Notes: generated by a model not told the origin, from the sequence alone. 64,000 nucleotides of DNA from Planctomycetota bacterium (GCA_965248445.1 CBDFJG010000004.1:736001-800000), one strand, 5' to 3'; positions 50,701 to 60,563 are shown, numbered from the stretch's first letter. Translations and numbers: made by a program.

Positions 50701-51403
50701 TGCGTACATCGCGTCGCCGCACGGCGGCCGCATCGTTCAGCTCCCCGCCTCCGGCGTGCCGGTGGACGACACGGTGAGTTTCGTGGTCCACCTGGGCGCC
50801 GACGCCGAGGCGACGCGGGTCTCCGGCACGCTGAACTACCGCAGCCCGAACGGCTACGGGTTCAAGCGGCAAATCGAGGAGATGTCGCAGGACGACCGGC
50901 GCAAGTTCGCCGAGCGGCAAATCTCGCAGTACTTCGAGAGCCCCGCGCTCGAGGAGTTCGAGTTCCCGGAAGTCGAGCGCAAGGGCACGCCGTTGCGCGT
51001 CTGGGTGTCCGGGACGATGCCGCAGTACCTCACGCAGCAGGGCGACGGTGTCGTCGCATCACTCGGGCTCCCGAAATCGGGTATGACCGGACGCTTCGTG
51101 CACCGGCCGGAGCGCACCTACGATCTCATTCTGAATCCGCACGACGACGACATCGCCGAGGTGGAGATCCACCTTGGCGACGCATTCGAGGTGGCGTCAC
51201 TTCCCGAGGACCACCTGTCCGTGGGCGACCTCGGTGTCTACTCGCTGACGTGGCGCCACACGGGAGGCGTCGTGAACGTGCGCCGCGAGATGCACCTCAA
51301 GCCGGCGCGCTACACGCCGGACCAGTACGCGGAATTCACCGCGTGGTGCAAGGCGATCGACGACGCCGAAGACCGCAAGCTCGAACTGCGCCGCCGCAAA
51401 TAG
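47753..51403 (+). CDS. Secreted TPR plus DUF3857-like paralogue lacking the catalytic Cys
   Basis: Same domain order as the upstream gene (VGPF, GWNRIVMK, TPRs, VRPDGSS, LVPGTVIEH). EKAGDRAQ appears in place of GDCKD. Confidence 0.8.
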   Translation: MRIRTLALLAPAVLALGAQPARSAEPSVPDALYGSEFEARGDFGGWLSELLDAYTAEPESPYGVLLLQKIRGLTGHAEDVGVVASRLTPVFDAGVGDPEVLEVLTDVLADRARAAGDFDRGNAYAGNAGYLRKFASVGPFGWSEDALVHKHYAPESGEVDPTQTYEDSRGVKGWKTLPVVGESAWVRPFDQLRRGGSGVTYSMARVRSSAPGTVALKVHCGTSFKLTVNGREIVSADQRRDRVPDPVWCTARLQDGWNRIVMKLAGRGSFAIKVCDAGTGAILRGLEEGDPLLADAAPAAGEPADALTYKSPLERVIAAAAADDDAARLTAAAQMLSSADRDWEAYEAFEKAAALATALPDVPQANILSSHGRFLADFGPFPDVQRKLRAKPQFLAALEAHRGHVSATVRIARYEDEDDRPDKAVKSVQKLVSENPNASAWMTLARIARNRGWEREAQDAAEAASSLAPNLEEPLTFLAAIDKQYANHESRIARMRQVLAIDAGDGTAINAVIDSLRAQGKQTEAVELLQEMTARWPASLGWRRQLAAVMTELGEEEEALKIFNDLATRVPEEAQYPSEIGHVLELTGNGDGAVEAFEKSLSLAGYQPNLWRRVKRLRGEVEDFGARYEPDVEAIISGLDSTEDMVAKYPKAVAVTVLDHTVTRVRPDGSSESYVHMIYKILNEKGVAKYGDVGNSGELLEIRSILPDGTEMAPTGLRRRSFNMEGLVPGTVIEHRYFATSRPGRDGYDGGQFYFQDFEFRRSPNPVLMSRYVVLVLDDMKVEWTKRNYDEEPDVKKAGGYTATTWQKTDMPIIEWEQSMPGRDEIVPHVNYSPKPKMDDVNWEYLGGADDTRTSPILEEALSRAVTEGMSDTERLHAIHAFVNEEILGDFSMGSDPAAILLEKAGDRAQLFEAMVRASGIPHKQARAMPNRGDGMDLDKATSRSFSRPFLWLEPRDGEPVPYFAGSHHAPFGLVPRAFRRSFAYIASPHGGRIVQLPASGVPVDDTVSFVVHLGADAEATRVSGTLNYRSPNGYGFKRQIEEMSQDDRRKFAERQISQYFESPALEEFEFPEVERKGTPLRVWVSGTMPQYLTQQGDGVVASLGLPKSGMTGRFVHRPERTYDLILNPHDDDIAEVEIHLGDAFEVASLPEDHLSVGDLGVYSLTWRHTGGVVNVRREMHLKPARYTPDQYAEFTAWCKAIDDAEDRKLELRRRK

Positions 51404-51419
51404 CCCGAGGGAAACCGCC

Positions 51420-52706
51420 ATGTCGCGCATCTCAATCTGCCTCCTCCTCCTGATCGCAGGCGCGGCTACCGCGTGCGGGAACGACGATTCACAGCCGGAC
51501 ACGGTGCCGCCACGCCCGACGGACGTTGGCGGCACTACGCCCGTCGTTCCCCCACGCACGCCCTCCACCGGCAACAGCGGCACGACGGAGTTCGTGCTGC
51601 CGTCCGTGCCTCAGCTGGACACGGACACCGCACGGAAGGGCGTCGAGAGCAGCATCGAACGGAGCGACACAGACTTCGTCACGCAGGACGCGCTCCTCGG
51701 TCTCGTGGATCGCGAGGAGACCGCCCGCGCGGTGAAGCTCGCTCGGGAGACCTACTTGGTGCGCGGAGACGACGGTTACGAGGACCGGCTGTCTGCGCTG
51801 ATCGGACTCGAGATCCTGGTGGCGGCGGGCGAGCCCGGGGCAGTCGAGGAGACTCTGCGGCTGGCAGAGGTCATCTTCGACGACGAGGAGGACGAGACCT
51901 CCCATCAGCTCGTCGCGACACTCGCGCGCATCGCGGGCGCCGAGCGCACGCTCGCGGAGGAGTTGATCGCACGCGTCGTCCCCCTGGGCGATGACGGCGA
52001 CGATGCGCTCGCCGCGATGTACGTGCTCGCGCAACGCAAGACGAAGGCGCACCTCGACCTGATGGACCGAACCGCCCGGGATCCGGGCAGCCTCGATTCG
52101 CTGCGCTCCGCAGCCGCCGCGGGACTCGTGAACGCAGGCGATCCGCGCGGCCCGCAGCTGATGGAGGCTCTTCTGAGCACTCCCGACGTGCAGCTCGTCG
52201 ACGTACTCACCGGGTGCTCGGTGAGGGGCGCGACCGGCCTGCTGCCTCACGTCAAGAACGCTGTCGAGCGCGCCATCGCGGGCGGCGGGGATGCCGCCCC
52301 CGAATTCGATGCCGCCTGCTACGCGATGTCGGACATGTTCGTCGGCAGCGACGGCACACCGGCGCGCGAACTGATCCTCGCGTGGATGGAGCGCGATGAC
52401 ACGTTCGACGGCGATGCCGCCTCGTACGCACTCTGGTTGCTCGGTGACGACGGGCGCGCGCACGCCGTGACGAAGATCCTCACGCGCGAGATCGCGAGCG
52501 CCGGCGGCACGGACGTCGAGCTCGGCGTCCTCTTGCTCGACGAGATCGGAAGGCGCGGCTTGGCCGGTGACGAGCGCTTCAAGGACGTCGTCGAAGCGGC
52601 TGCACAGGTGGAGATCCCGAGTGGTGCGGACCCCTGGGTGGCGCAGCGGCTGCGCTGGCTGCGCCTGGCCGGCAGCAACGCGTTCCTCCGCTCACAGCGC
52701 GACTGA
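51420..52706 (+). CDS. Lipoprotein with HEAT-like helical repeats
   Basis: Signal ending ATA-C, Pro/Thr linker, RSAAAAGL..AGDPR HEAT-like units. Confidence 0.7.
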   Translation: MSRISICLLLLIAGAATACGNDDSQPDTVPPRPTDVGGTTPVVPPRTPSTGNSGTTEFVLPSVPQLDTDTARKGVESSIERSDTDFVTQDALLGLVDREETARAVKLARETYLVRGDDGYEDRLSALIGLEILVAAGEPGAVEETLRLAEVIFDDEEDETSHQLVATLARIAGAERTLAEELIARVVPLGDDGDDALAAMYVLAQRKTKAHLDLMDRTARDPGSLDSLRSAAAAGLVNAGDPRGPQLMEALLSTPDVQLVDVLTGCSVRGATGLLPHVKNAVERAIAGGGDAAPEFDAACYAMSDMFVGSDGTPARELILAWMERDDTFDGDAASYALWLLGDDGRAHAVTKILTREIASAGGTDVELGVLLLDEIGRRGLAGDERFKDVVEAAAQVEIPSGADPWVAQRLRWLRLAGSNAFLRSQRD

Positions 52707-52715
52707 CGCGCGCAG

Positions 52716-54029
52716 CTACCTGCGCTGCAGTCGCCGCGCACGCAGTGTCGTGTCCCGTAGGATGAACTCCTGCTTCGCCTTGCCCGGGTGCGCCGACCGA
52801 GCGTTCTCGCGCGCCTGCCGGATCGCAGCGGCCACGTTGGGCCAAGGCGTCACGCGCTGCTCGTAACGCTCCCGGAACCACCCGGTGAGCAGCCGGATCG
52901 TCGCGCCGAGCGTTCCTCTCCGGCGACTGGCCCGCGAGACGCCGCGGATCACGCGCCGTACCGGACTCTCCCCCCCGCCGACCGTCGAGAGCGGAGCCGC
53001 CGTGGCACCTTGCGCCGCCATCTCGCACCTCACTTCGTCACGCAGAGCCGTCTGGATCTCCCCCGGCTCCATGCCGTCGATCTCGCGGGTGATCGCACCG
53101 AAGAAGGCGTCGACATCGAGCGATGGCAGCGGGCGTCCGCGCCCTTCCTCGCGCCGGCCTTCCTCCCGTACGGAGCAGTACTCGTGCACGACGGCGTTGA
53201 CGGCGGTGCAGACCGTCGGGAGTGGTGACGCGAATTGCACCCGGGCCTGCTGCAGCTCGCGTTCGAAGTCCTGCGAGTCGCGCGTCGCCACGCCCCGCGT
53301 CAGGCTGAACCCATTGCTGCGCCGCAGCGCGTACTGGAGGAGGAGCGGCCGGTCGAAGTAGGTGACAGACGGATGCGCTGCCAACATTCGGTACGCGAAC
53401 CGAAAATCGGGCGCAGCGGAATCGCAGATGGTCCCGTACGCCTGCCGGATCCGCTCGAGCACACGCCGCGGCGTCACGCTGTTCAACAGCCGTGGGAGCG
53501 CCGCCACGAAGATGCAGCCCGAGCTCGCTTCGAGCAGCGCTGCCGAGGGGATCTCGATCACGCGACCGGTCCAGTCCGTCTGCTCGAGCGACACGGGGAT
53601 GTCCACGTCGTGCACGCGATCGAGGTTGTAGGAGATGACCTCGTCCGGCCAGCGGTCGGCAAGTGCCAGCAGGTCGTCGATCGCACCGGGCAGGAACAGC
53701 ATCCGATCGGTGAGGACGGCCACGTGCGTCCAGTCCGTCTCCTCGAGCGCGGCCGCAAGCGCCCACTCCCAGTGCGCGCCCATCGCGAGCGGTTCCGGCG
53801 GCGCCATTCGGCGAAGACGCTCGTCGGCGAGGCGTGCGCATGCATCGTCCAGCGCTGCCCGCTCGCTCGTCTCGTTCGAGTTGTCCGAGACCAGCACCCG
53901 GACGCGATCCGTCTCCGCCGCGAGCGCCGACTCGACCGCCGCGACCGCGAGCTCCGCGCGATTCCGCGTGGGAACGATCACGAGCAGGCGGCAGCGCGTC
54001 TGGGTGTCCCGCCGATCGGATGCCGTCAT
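52716..54029 (-). CDS. Family 2 glycosyltransferase
   Basis: VIVPTRNR...VLVSDNS GT2 N-terminal motifs; last gene of the sugar operon. Confidence 0.8.
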   Translation of the reverse strand: MTASDRRDTQTRCRLLVIVPTRNRAELAVAAVESALAAETDRVRVLVSDNSNETSERAALDDACARLADERLRRMAPPEPLAMGAHWEWALAAALEETDWTHVAVLTDRMLFLPGAIDDLLALADRWPDEVISYNLDRVHDVDIPVSLEQTDWTGRVIEIPSAALLEASSGCIFVAALPRLLNSVTPRRVLERIRQAYGTICDSAAPDFRFAYRMLAAHPSVTYFDRPLLLQYALRRSNGFSLTRGVATRDSQDFERELQQARVQFASPLPTVCTAVNAVVHEYCSVREEGRREEGRGRPLPSLDVDAFFGAITREIDGMEPGEIQTALRDEVRCEMAAQGATAAPLSTVGGGESPVRRVIRGVSRASRRRGTLGATIRLLTGWFRERYEQRVTPWPNVAAAIRQARENARSAHPGKAKQEFILRDTTLRARRLQRR

Positions 54030-54042
54030 CGTGCGGAACGGG

Positions 54043-54813
54043 CTATGAGAGCCCGCCGCCCGTCTTCCGCAGATAGGCGCTGGGCCAGTGCGTGATGTTC
54101 TCCGTCAGCTCGCTCTCGTTGAAGGGCCACGGGGGCTGCTCGAGCACGAATTCGGGATGCCGTGCAGCGAACTCCTCCGCCGCCGCGGACGGGTGATCGG
54201 TCCTCCACTCGTCGCTCCCGCGCGGAACGTCGTGGAGGTCCTGCATGATCCCGTCGGTCGCGACGATGTAGGAACCCTCGGTCACGAGTGTGTGGTACGC
54301 CTCGAGTTCGGCCGCGACGTGCGCCCTGGTGTGGCAGGAGTCGAGCAGGACGAGCACGCTCCCACCCGGCTGGATGGCCGCGCGCACCTGATCGACGACT
54401 TCGGGCGCCACCGAGTCGCCTTCGATCAGCGTGATGAGATCGGACAGTGGGTGCGCCTCGACCGCGGCGCGGTTGTGCGGACGGATCTCGATGTCGACTC
54501 CGATGACGCGCCCCCGCCCCATCGCCGTGCAGAGACTGGCGTAGAACACGAGGGATCCGCCGTGCGCCACCCCCGTCTCCACGATGAAGTCGGGCTTCAC
54601 GCGGTGGATCACTTCCTGCACCCGGATCATGTCTTCGGGCAGCTGGATGACCGGCCGGCCGAACCACGAGAACGTGTACTGGTACTTCTGACTCCAGCCG
54701 ACGCGCACCCACTGACGAGAGATCTCCTCGAACGCGCGCTTCGAGTACAGCGGCACCGTCTCGCCCGAGTCGAGCGTGAGCGTGCTGGTCTCCGTGTCGA
54801 TGACGAGTCTCAT
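54043..54813 (-). CDS. CmcI family (cephalosporin hydroxylase-like) methyltransferase
   Basis: YTFSWFGRPVIQLPED, KPDFIVETGVAHGGS, LDSCHT. Confidence 0.88.
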   Translation of the reverse strand: MRLVIDTETSTLTLDSGETVPLYSKRAFEEISRQWVRVGWSQKYQYTFSWFGRPVIQLPEDMIRVQEVIHRVKPDFIVETGVAHGGSLVFYASLCTAMGRGRVIGVDIEIRPHNRAAVEAHPLSDLITLIEGDSVAPEVVDQVRAAIQPGGSVLVLLDSCHTRAHVAAELEAYHTLVTEGSYIVATDGIMQDLHDVPRGSDEWRTDHPSAAAEEFAARHPEFVLEQPPWPFNESELTENITHWPSAYLRKTGGGLS

Positions 54814-54820
54814 CTGTGCC

Positions 54821-56887
54821 TCACTCCGTCGGTTCCAGTTCGACGACTTCGACAGCCAGTCCCCGCCGCCGCACGTCGTCCCGGATCTCGGCGGCGTAAT
54901 TCGGATTGAGCACCACGGCCGCCAGGACACCGCGCCCGGCGAGATCAGCGGGGCCGACGATCGGATGACCGGTGCCGGGCAGGAAGTGCCCCTGCTTCGC
55001 TGGGTTCACGTCCACCACGCAGTCGATCAGGTCGCGCTCGGCGTCCACCATGTTCGTGAACGTCACGCCCTTGGCGCCTGCACCCCACACCGCCACGGGA
55101 CCCTCGTCGCGCAACGCGCGGACGCGGGCGGTCCACGAGCGCGTGATCTCCTCTTCGACCTGCGTGAACGCGCGGGCCGCTTGCGCCACCGCCGCTCCCG
55201 GACGCACCGGCGTGCCCCCGGCAGGCGCAGGTACCGCTTCGAGCCACAGGTACTGATCTCCGAACACGCGGCGGGTGTCGATCACTTCGAACCCTGCCTG
55301 TCCGAACGCGGTCGCGAGCGAGTCGGCCGAGAACAGCGAGCAGTGCTCGTAGAAGAAGTCCCACACCACGCGATTCCGCAGGATCCACTCGACGTCCGGC
55401 GTCTCGAAGTAGATCTGAGCCCGCCTGTTCCCGAGTGCGCAGCGCAGTGTCTGCAGGAGCTCGACCGGCTCCGCGACGTGCTCGATGACGTGGCGGCACA
55501 CCACCACGTCCGGGCGCGTCGAGCCGTCCTCCGCGCCGAAGTAGCGGCGCTCGAAGCGCAGGCGTCCGTCCAGCTCGACCTCAGGTCCGTCGTACGCGGC
55601 GTCGTAGCCGAACCCGACGTTGCCGGCGTCCTCCGCGAGCAGTCGTCGGAGGAACGTCCCGTCGCCACAGCCGATCTCGACGATCCGCCGACCGCGCACG
55701 CCCCGGTCGTGCACGAGGTGGCGAACCAGGTCGTCCACGTAGTCCCCGAACATCGCCGAGTGCGTCTGGCAGTTCTCGTATCCGGGACCGTAGTCCAGCC
55801 GGTCGGCGTCGAACGCTGCGTTGAAGACGAAACCGCAGTCGGCACAGCAGCGCATGTCGAGTCGCCCACGGGCGATCGCCGTCGCCTCCTCCGGCGTCCC
55901 CATGATCAGGTTCTGGTGCACGGCGACATGGTCGCGCGCGACGAATCCCTCGACCGACTGGCTCCGGCAGACAGGACAGCTCGCGACGCTCTGTACGGCA
56001 GACCAGTGAGCGACCGTCGCCGCCACGCCATCGCTAAGTGCGAACGACGGCTCGAACCCGACCTCGTCCCGGAGGCGGTCGACAGCCGCCACCACCAGCG
56101 GTGGCTCGTCGGGGGGGCTCTCCAGCGCCCCGAGCCGGAGGAGTTCCGTACGGCCCATGAACTCACCGATCGTCTGTGCGATCTCCGCGACCGGCGGTGC
56201 GACGCCGGAGGCGACGTTCACTGCCCCGGGCACGCCGGACCACAGCAGACGGACGAGCGCCTCGGCCGCGTCCCCGACGTACATGTAGTCCCGGCGTTGC
56301 GCACCGGCGGAGCAGAGCGCGGGTTCTCCGCGGAGCAGGCTCGTCACGATGGACGGCACGAGCCGCTCGACCGGCTCGCCCGGGCCGTACAGCCAGAACA
56401 GCCGTGCCCACGCCCAGCTGACCGCGCCGTCGCCGAGGCGCTCTTCCAAGCCCTTCCTCAGCGCGTTCTTCCACCGTGCGTACGGAGTTGCAGGCAAGAG
56501 CGCCGTGCTGCGTTCGTCGCACTCACCTGCTGTCCAGTCGTACTCCGCTCCGCTCCCGGTAACGACGACGCGCCGACCACCGGAGTCGGCGAACGCCTGC
56601 ACCAGTGTCGAGCTCGCACGGCACCAGTCCTCGTTCACCGGCGACGTCCAGAACTCGCCCGGCGTCGTATCCCACGCCAGATGCAGGAGGTGAGTCGGGC
56701 GCACGTGGTCGACGACGGCAACGCCCTCCCCCGCCAACAAGTCGGCACGGTGCCACGTCACGCCGTCGAGCGGCTCCGGATCCGCCGCCGACGTCATCGC
56801 ATGCACCACGCAATCGGGCGCCACGAGCCGCGGCAGACAGTGGCGGCCGACGAAGCCGCGCGCACCGGTGACGAGTACGGTCTTCAC
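54821..56887 (-). CDS. Fusion of NAD-dependent epimerase/reductase and class I SAM (sugar C-methyltransferase-like) domain
   Basis: N-terminal TGARGFVG and YARWK; C-terminal CPVC...CADC, EIGCGDG, HVIEH, YEHC, WGAGAKG, VDVNPAKQG. Confidence 0.85.
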   Translation of the reverse strand: MKTVLVTGARGFVGRHCLPRLVAPDCVVHAMTSAADPEPLDGVTWHRADLLAGEGVAVVDHVRPTHLLHLAWDTTPGEFWTSPVNEDWCRASSTLVQAFADSGGRRVVVTGSGAEYDWTAGECDERSTALLPATPYARWKNALRKGLEERLGDGAVSWAWARLFWLYGPGEPVERLVPSIVTSLLRGEPALCSAGAQRRDYMYVGDAAEALVRLLWSGVPGAVNVASGVAPPVAEIAQTIGEFMGRTELLRLGALESPPDEPPLVVAAVDRLRDEVGFEPSFALSDGVAATVAHWSAVQSVASCPVCRSQSVEGFVARDHVAVHQNLIMGTPEEATAIARGRLDMRCCADCGFVFNAAFDADRLDYGPGYENCQTHSAMFGDYVDDLVRHLVHDRGVRGRRIVEIGCGDGTFLRRLLAEDAGNVGFGYDAAYDGPEVELDGRLRFERRYFGAEDGSTRPDVVVCRHVIEHVAEPVELLQTLRCALGNRRAQIYFETPDVEWILRNRVVWDFFYEHCSLFSADSLATAFGQAGFEVIDTRRVFGDQYLWLEAVPAPAGGTPVRPGAAVAQAARAFTQVEEEITRSWTARVRALRDEGPVAVWGAGAKGVTFTNMVDAERDLIDCVVDVNPAKQGHFLPGTGHPIVGPADLAGRGVLAAVVLNPNYAAEIRDDVRRRGLAVEVVELEPTE

Positions 56888-57432
56888 GCCCCGTGGTCCG
56901 GGTGCGCCCTGTCACGGTCACTCATGTGCCGTTCGCCCCCGTCCGGACCGTCCGGCCACTCGATGCCGAACGCCGGATCGTCCCAGCGCACGCCGCGGGC
57001 GCTCGCGGGGTGGTATGGCACGGACATCTGGTACATGACCTCGGTATCGGCCGTCAGCGTCTGGAACCCATGGGCGAACCCGGCCGGAACGTAGACGGCG
57101 CGCCCGTTCTCCGGGGTGAGTTGGACGGCGAACCACTCCCGATGCGTCTCCGAGTCGGATCGCAAGTCGAGGATCACGTCGTGGATCGACCCGCGCGTGC
57201 AGCGCACCACCCTCGTCTCCGCGTGCGGGGCCGCCTGGAAGTGCATGCCGCGCAGCGTGCCCGCGCGGGAGTTGAACGAGACGCTGGACTGGACGAGCCG
57301 GTCGTCCAGGCCTCGTCGCGCGAATTCCTCGGCACACCACGTCCGAGCAAAGAACCCACGGTCGTCCGGGATCGGATCGAGGTCGATGACGTACGCGCCA
57401 GCGAGCGGCGTCTCCATGAACCGCAGGCTCAT
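56884..57432 (-). CDS. rfbC: NDP-4-keto-6-deoxyhexose 3,5-epimerase (RfbC/RmlC family)
   Basis: DDRGFFAR, GTLRGMHFQ, GFAHGFQTL, GVRWDDP. Confidence 0.92.
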   Translation of the reverse strand: MSLRFMETPLAGAYVIDLDPIPDDRGFFARTWCAEEFARRGLDDRLVQSSVSFNSRAGTLRGMHFQAAPHAETRVVRCTRGSIHDVILDLRSDSETHREWFAVQLTPENGRAVYVPAGFAHGFQTLTADTEVMYQMSVPYHPASARGVRWDDPAFGIEWPDGPDGGERHMSDRDRAHPDHGA

Positions 57433-58664
57433 GAGAGCACCCTCGGTTCCGGCACCGGGACTACGAACCGCCCGCCCCACTCGCCGACGTACGCGTGCTG
57501 CGCCGTGATCTCCGCCGCGATGTTCCACGGCAAGATCAGGACCTGTTCCGGACGCGTCTCGCGCAGTCGGTCCGCGGCGTGCACCGGGATGCGGCTGCCG
57601 GGCAGGTAGCAGCCCTGCTTCAACGGGTTCATGTCAACCGTGTACTCGATGAGTTCGGGTCCAATCCCGCAGTAGTTGAGCAGCGTGTTCCCCTTGGCCG
57701 GCGCGCCGTAGCCCACCGTGCTGACGCCGCGCTCGTTCGAAGCGCAGAGGAACGCCCGCAGCGAGTCGCGAGTGTGGCGCACCTTCTCGTCGAACCCAGC
57801 GTACGTGTCGAGGCGGTCGAGGCCGGCGGCGTGTTCCGCGTCGAGCAGCGCGTCGACTCGTGCAGTCGGCTCCGGCGCCTCCCGCGCCGCATGCCGGGCA
57901 TACACGCGCAGCGAGCCGCCGTGCGTCGGCAGTTCATCGACATCGAACACGGTCAATCCGTGCGCTGAGAGCACCTGTACGACCACCCGGAACGAGAAGT
58001 ACGAGAAGTGCTCGTGGTAGATCGTGTCGAACTGAGTTCCCTCCATGAGGCGCAGCAGGTGCGGGAACTCGAGCGACACGACACCGTCGTCCGCCAGGAC
58101 GACCGCCATTCCGGCGACGAAGTCGTTGAGATCCGGCACGTGCGCGAGGACGTTGTTCCCTACCAGAAGGTCCGCGCGTTTGCCCTGCGAGCGCAGCTCG
58201 CCCGCGAGTTCCGATCCGAAGAACCGCGCCAGCGTCGGGACTCCGTCGGCCTCGGCGATCTTCGCCACGTTCGCGGCCGGCTCGATGCCGAGCACCGGCA
58301 CGCCGCCGTCACGGAACCAGCGCAACAAGTAGCCGTCGTTACTGGCGACCTCCATCACCAGGCTGTCTGCCGTGAGCCCGAAGCGCGCGGTCGCGGCGCC
58401 TGCGTACGCGCGGCAGTGCGCCAGCCACGACCGGGAGACCGACGAGAGATACGCGTAGTCACCGAAGATCTCGTCTGGCGTCGCGAACTCCTCGAGTTGC
58501 ACGAGGAGGCACTCGTCACAGACGTACGCATGCAGCGGGAACATGGGCTCCTCGCACGCCAGGTCCTCCTCCCGGAGGTAGGAGTTCGCCAGCGGCGAGA
58601 GACCGAGGTCCACGAACGTCGTACGGAGCCGGACGCCACACGCGCGGCAGAGGCTGTCCGTCAC
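57429..58664 (-). CDS. NDP-hexose C-methyltransferase (zinc-binding)
   Basis: CRAC...CDEC, EVASNDG, NNVLAHV, FDTIYHEH, THGGSLR, YGAPAKG. Confidence 0.9.
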   Translation of the reverse strand: MTDSLCRACGVRLRTTFVDLGLSPLANSYLREEDLACEEPMFPLHAYVCDECLLVQLEEFATPDEIFGDYAYLSSVSRSWLAHCRAYAGAATARFGLTADSLVMEVASNDGYLLRWFRDGGVPVLGIEPAANVAKIAEADGVPTLARFFGSELAGELRSQGKRADLLVGNNVLAHVPDLNDFVAGMAVVLADDGVVSLEFPHLLRLMEGTQFDTIYHEHFSYFSFRVVVQVLSAHGLTVFDVDELPTHGGSLRVYARHAAREAPEPTARVDALLDAEHAAGLDRLDTYAGFDEKVRHTRDSLRAFLCASNERGVSTVGYGAPAKGNTLLNYCGIGPELIEYTVDMNPLKQGCYLPGSRIPVHAADRLRETRPEQVLILPWNIAAEITAQHAYVGEWGGRFVVPVPEPRVLS

Positions 58665-59740
58665 GACGCGGCCTCCGTCGCGCGGTACGCGCGAATCTGC
58701 GCGAGTGTCCGCTCCCGCATGTCCTCACCGGCGTGGTGCGCGCGATACCAGGCCACCGTCCGCTCGAGGCCTGCGGAGTACGGCATGCTCGGCGGCAGAC
58801 CGAGCCGGGTCCGCGCCTTGGCCGAGTCGAGCATCAGCCGTATCGCCTCGTGCGGCTGGGGCGACTCGTCGCGCTCCCACGATGCGCCATCGCCCCACAG
58901 CCGGCAGACGTCGTCAGCCAGCCGGCCGACGGGCAGCACGTGTTCCTCGCTCGGACCGAAGTTCCACGCCTCGGCGTGACTCGCAGGATCCTCGGACAAA
59001 CGCTCCGCGAGCAGGACGTAGCCATGGAGGCAGTCGAGAACGTGCTGCCACGGCCGGTGTGCGCCGGCATGACGGATTCGCGCCGGCTGGCCGTCGCTGA
59101 TCGCTCCGACGATGTCCGGGAGGATGCGGTCACGCGCCCAGTCGCCCCCGCCGATCACGTTCCCCGCTCGCGCGGTCGCCAGACCGACGCCGTGCTCCGC
59201 GTGCTGCGCCGGCGAGAAGAACGAATCGCGGAACGCTGCGGCCACGTGCTCCGCACACGCCTTGCTGTTCGAGTACGGATCGTGACCGCCCAGTTCGTCG
59301 GTCTCGACGTACGCGTGGTCGGTCTCCCGATTCCGATAGCACTTGTCGCTCGTCACGACGAGCACGGCCGCGCGGGTGCCCACCCGCCTCAACGTCTCCA
59401 GGAGATCCACGGTCCCCATCACGTTGACACGGTACGTCTCGGCGGGGTCTGCATACGACGCGCGCACGAGTGACTGGGCCGCCATGTGGACGACCACGGA
59501 CGGATCCGCCGTGCGCACCGCAGACTCGAGCGCCGGTCCGTCGCAGATGTCGCCGAGCACCGACGTGATCCCGCGGTCCACACGCGCGACGTCGAACAGA
59601 CTCGGCTCGGTCGGCGGTTCGAGTGCGTACCCCGTGACCTCCGCGCCCAGCTCACGGAGAAGGAGCGTGAGCCAGCTGCCCTTGAAACCCGTGTGTCCGG
59701 TGACGAGAACGCGGCGGCCCGCCCAGAAGCCCGCGTTCAT
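58661..59740 (-). CDS. rfbG: CDP-glucose 4,6-dehydratase
   Basis: VTGHTGFKGSWL, TSDKCY, DPYSNSK, RAGNVIGGGDW, RPWQHVLD. Confidence 0.95.
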   Translation of the reverse strand: MNAGFWAGRRVLVTGHTGFKGSWLTLLLRELGAEVTGYALEPPTEPSLFDVARVDRGITSVLGDICDGPALESAVRTADPSVVVHMAAQSLVRASYADPAETYRVNVMGTVDLLETLRRVGTRAAVLVVTSDKCYRNRETDHAYVETDELGGHDPYSNSKACAEHVAAAFRDSFFSPAQHAEHGVGLATARAGNVIGGGDWARDRILPDIVGAISDGQPARIRHAGAHRPWQHVLDCLHGYVLLAERLSEDPASHAEAWNFGPSEEHVLPVGRLADDVCRLWGDGASWERDESPQPHEAIRLMLDSAKARTRLGLPPSMPYSAGLERTVAWYRAHHAGEDMRERTLAQIRAYRATEAAS

Positions 59741-59795
59741 TCCCTGCGCTTCCCCGTCAGGACCGCAGCGTTCCCCAACACGCCCGGCACCGTCA

Positions 59796-60563
59796 TCACC
59801 ACGTCTTCCAGGGCGCCTGCCCCGAACGCCAGAGTCCATCGAGCATCTGCTTGTCGCGGAGGGCGTCCATCGGCTGGAAGAACCCGCGGTGACGCCACGC
59901 CGACAGCTGGCCGTCGGCCGCGAGCTGTTCGAGTGGCGTTCTCTCCCACGAAGTGTCGTCGCCGTCGATGTAGTCCAGGACCTTCGGCGAGAGCACGAAG
60001 AAGCCTGCGTTGACCCAGGCACCGTCGCCGAGCGGTTTCTCGACGAACTCGCTCACCTTCGTCGCGTCGACGGTCAGGGAGCCGAACCGGCCCGGCGGCT
60101 GGCAGGCGGTCAGCGTCGCCAGCGTGCCCTGCTTGCGGTGGAACGCGAGCTGCGCGGGGATGTCGACGTCGGCCAGGCCGTCGCCGTACGTGAAGCAAAA
60201 GTCCTCGTCCCCCAGGTAGTCGCGCACGCGCTTGAGCCGCCCGCCGGTCGCTGTTGCCTCACCGGTGTCGATCAGCGTGACCTTCCACGGCTCGGCGTGC
60301 TTCTGGTGGACGTCGACACTGTTACTGGCGAGGTCGATCGTCACGTCCGACGTGTGGGTGAAGTAGTTCGAGAAGTACTCCTTGATGACGTAGCCCTTGT
60401 ATCCAAGGCAGATCACGAACTCGTCGATGCCGTGCGACGAGTAGATCTTCATGATGTGCCACAGGATCGGCTTGCCGCCGATCTCGACCATCGGCTTGGG
60501 CTTGAGGTGCGTCTCCTCGGAGATCCGAGTACCGAATCCACCGGCCAGGATCACGGCCTTCAT
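59796..60563 (-). CDS. rfbF: Glucose-1-phosphate cytidylyltransferase
   Basis: MKAVILAGGFGTRISEET, KPKPMVEIG, TGGRLKR, TYGDG, APWKTW. Confidence 0.96.
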   Translation of the reverse strand: MKAVILAGGFGTRISEETHLKPKPMVEIGGKPILWHIMKIYSSHGIDEFVICLGYKGYVIKEYFSNYFTHTSDVTIDLASNSVDVHQKHAEPWKVTLIDTGEATATGGRLKRVRDYLGDEDFCFTYGDGLADVDIPAQLAFHRKQGTLATLTACQPPGRFGSLTVDATKVSEFVEKPLGDGAWVNAGFFVLSPKVLDYIDGDDTSWERTPLEQLAADGQLSAWRHRGFFQPMDALRDKQMLDGLWRSGQAPWKTW

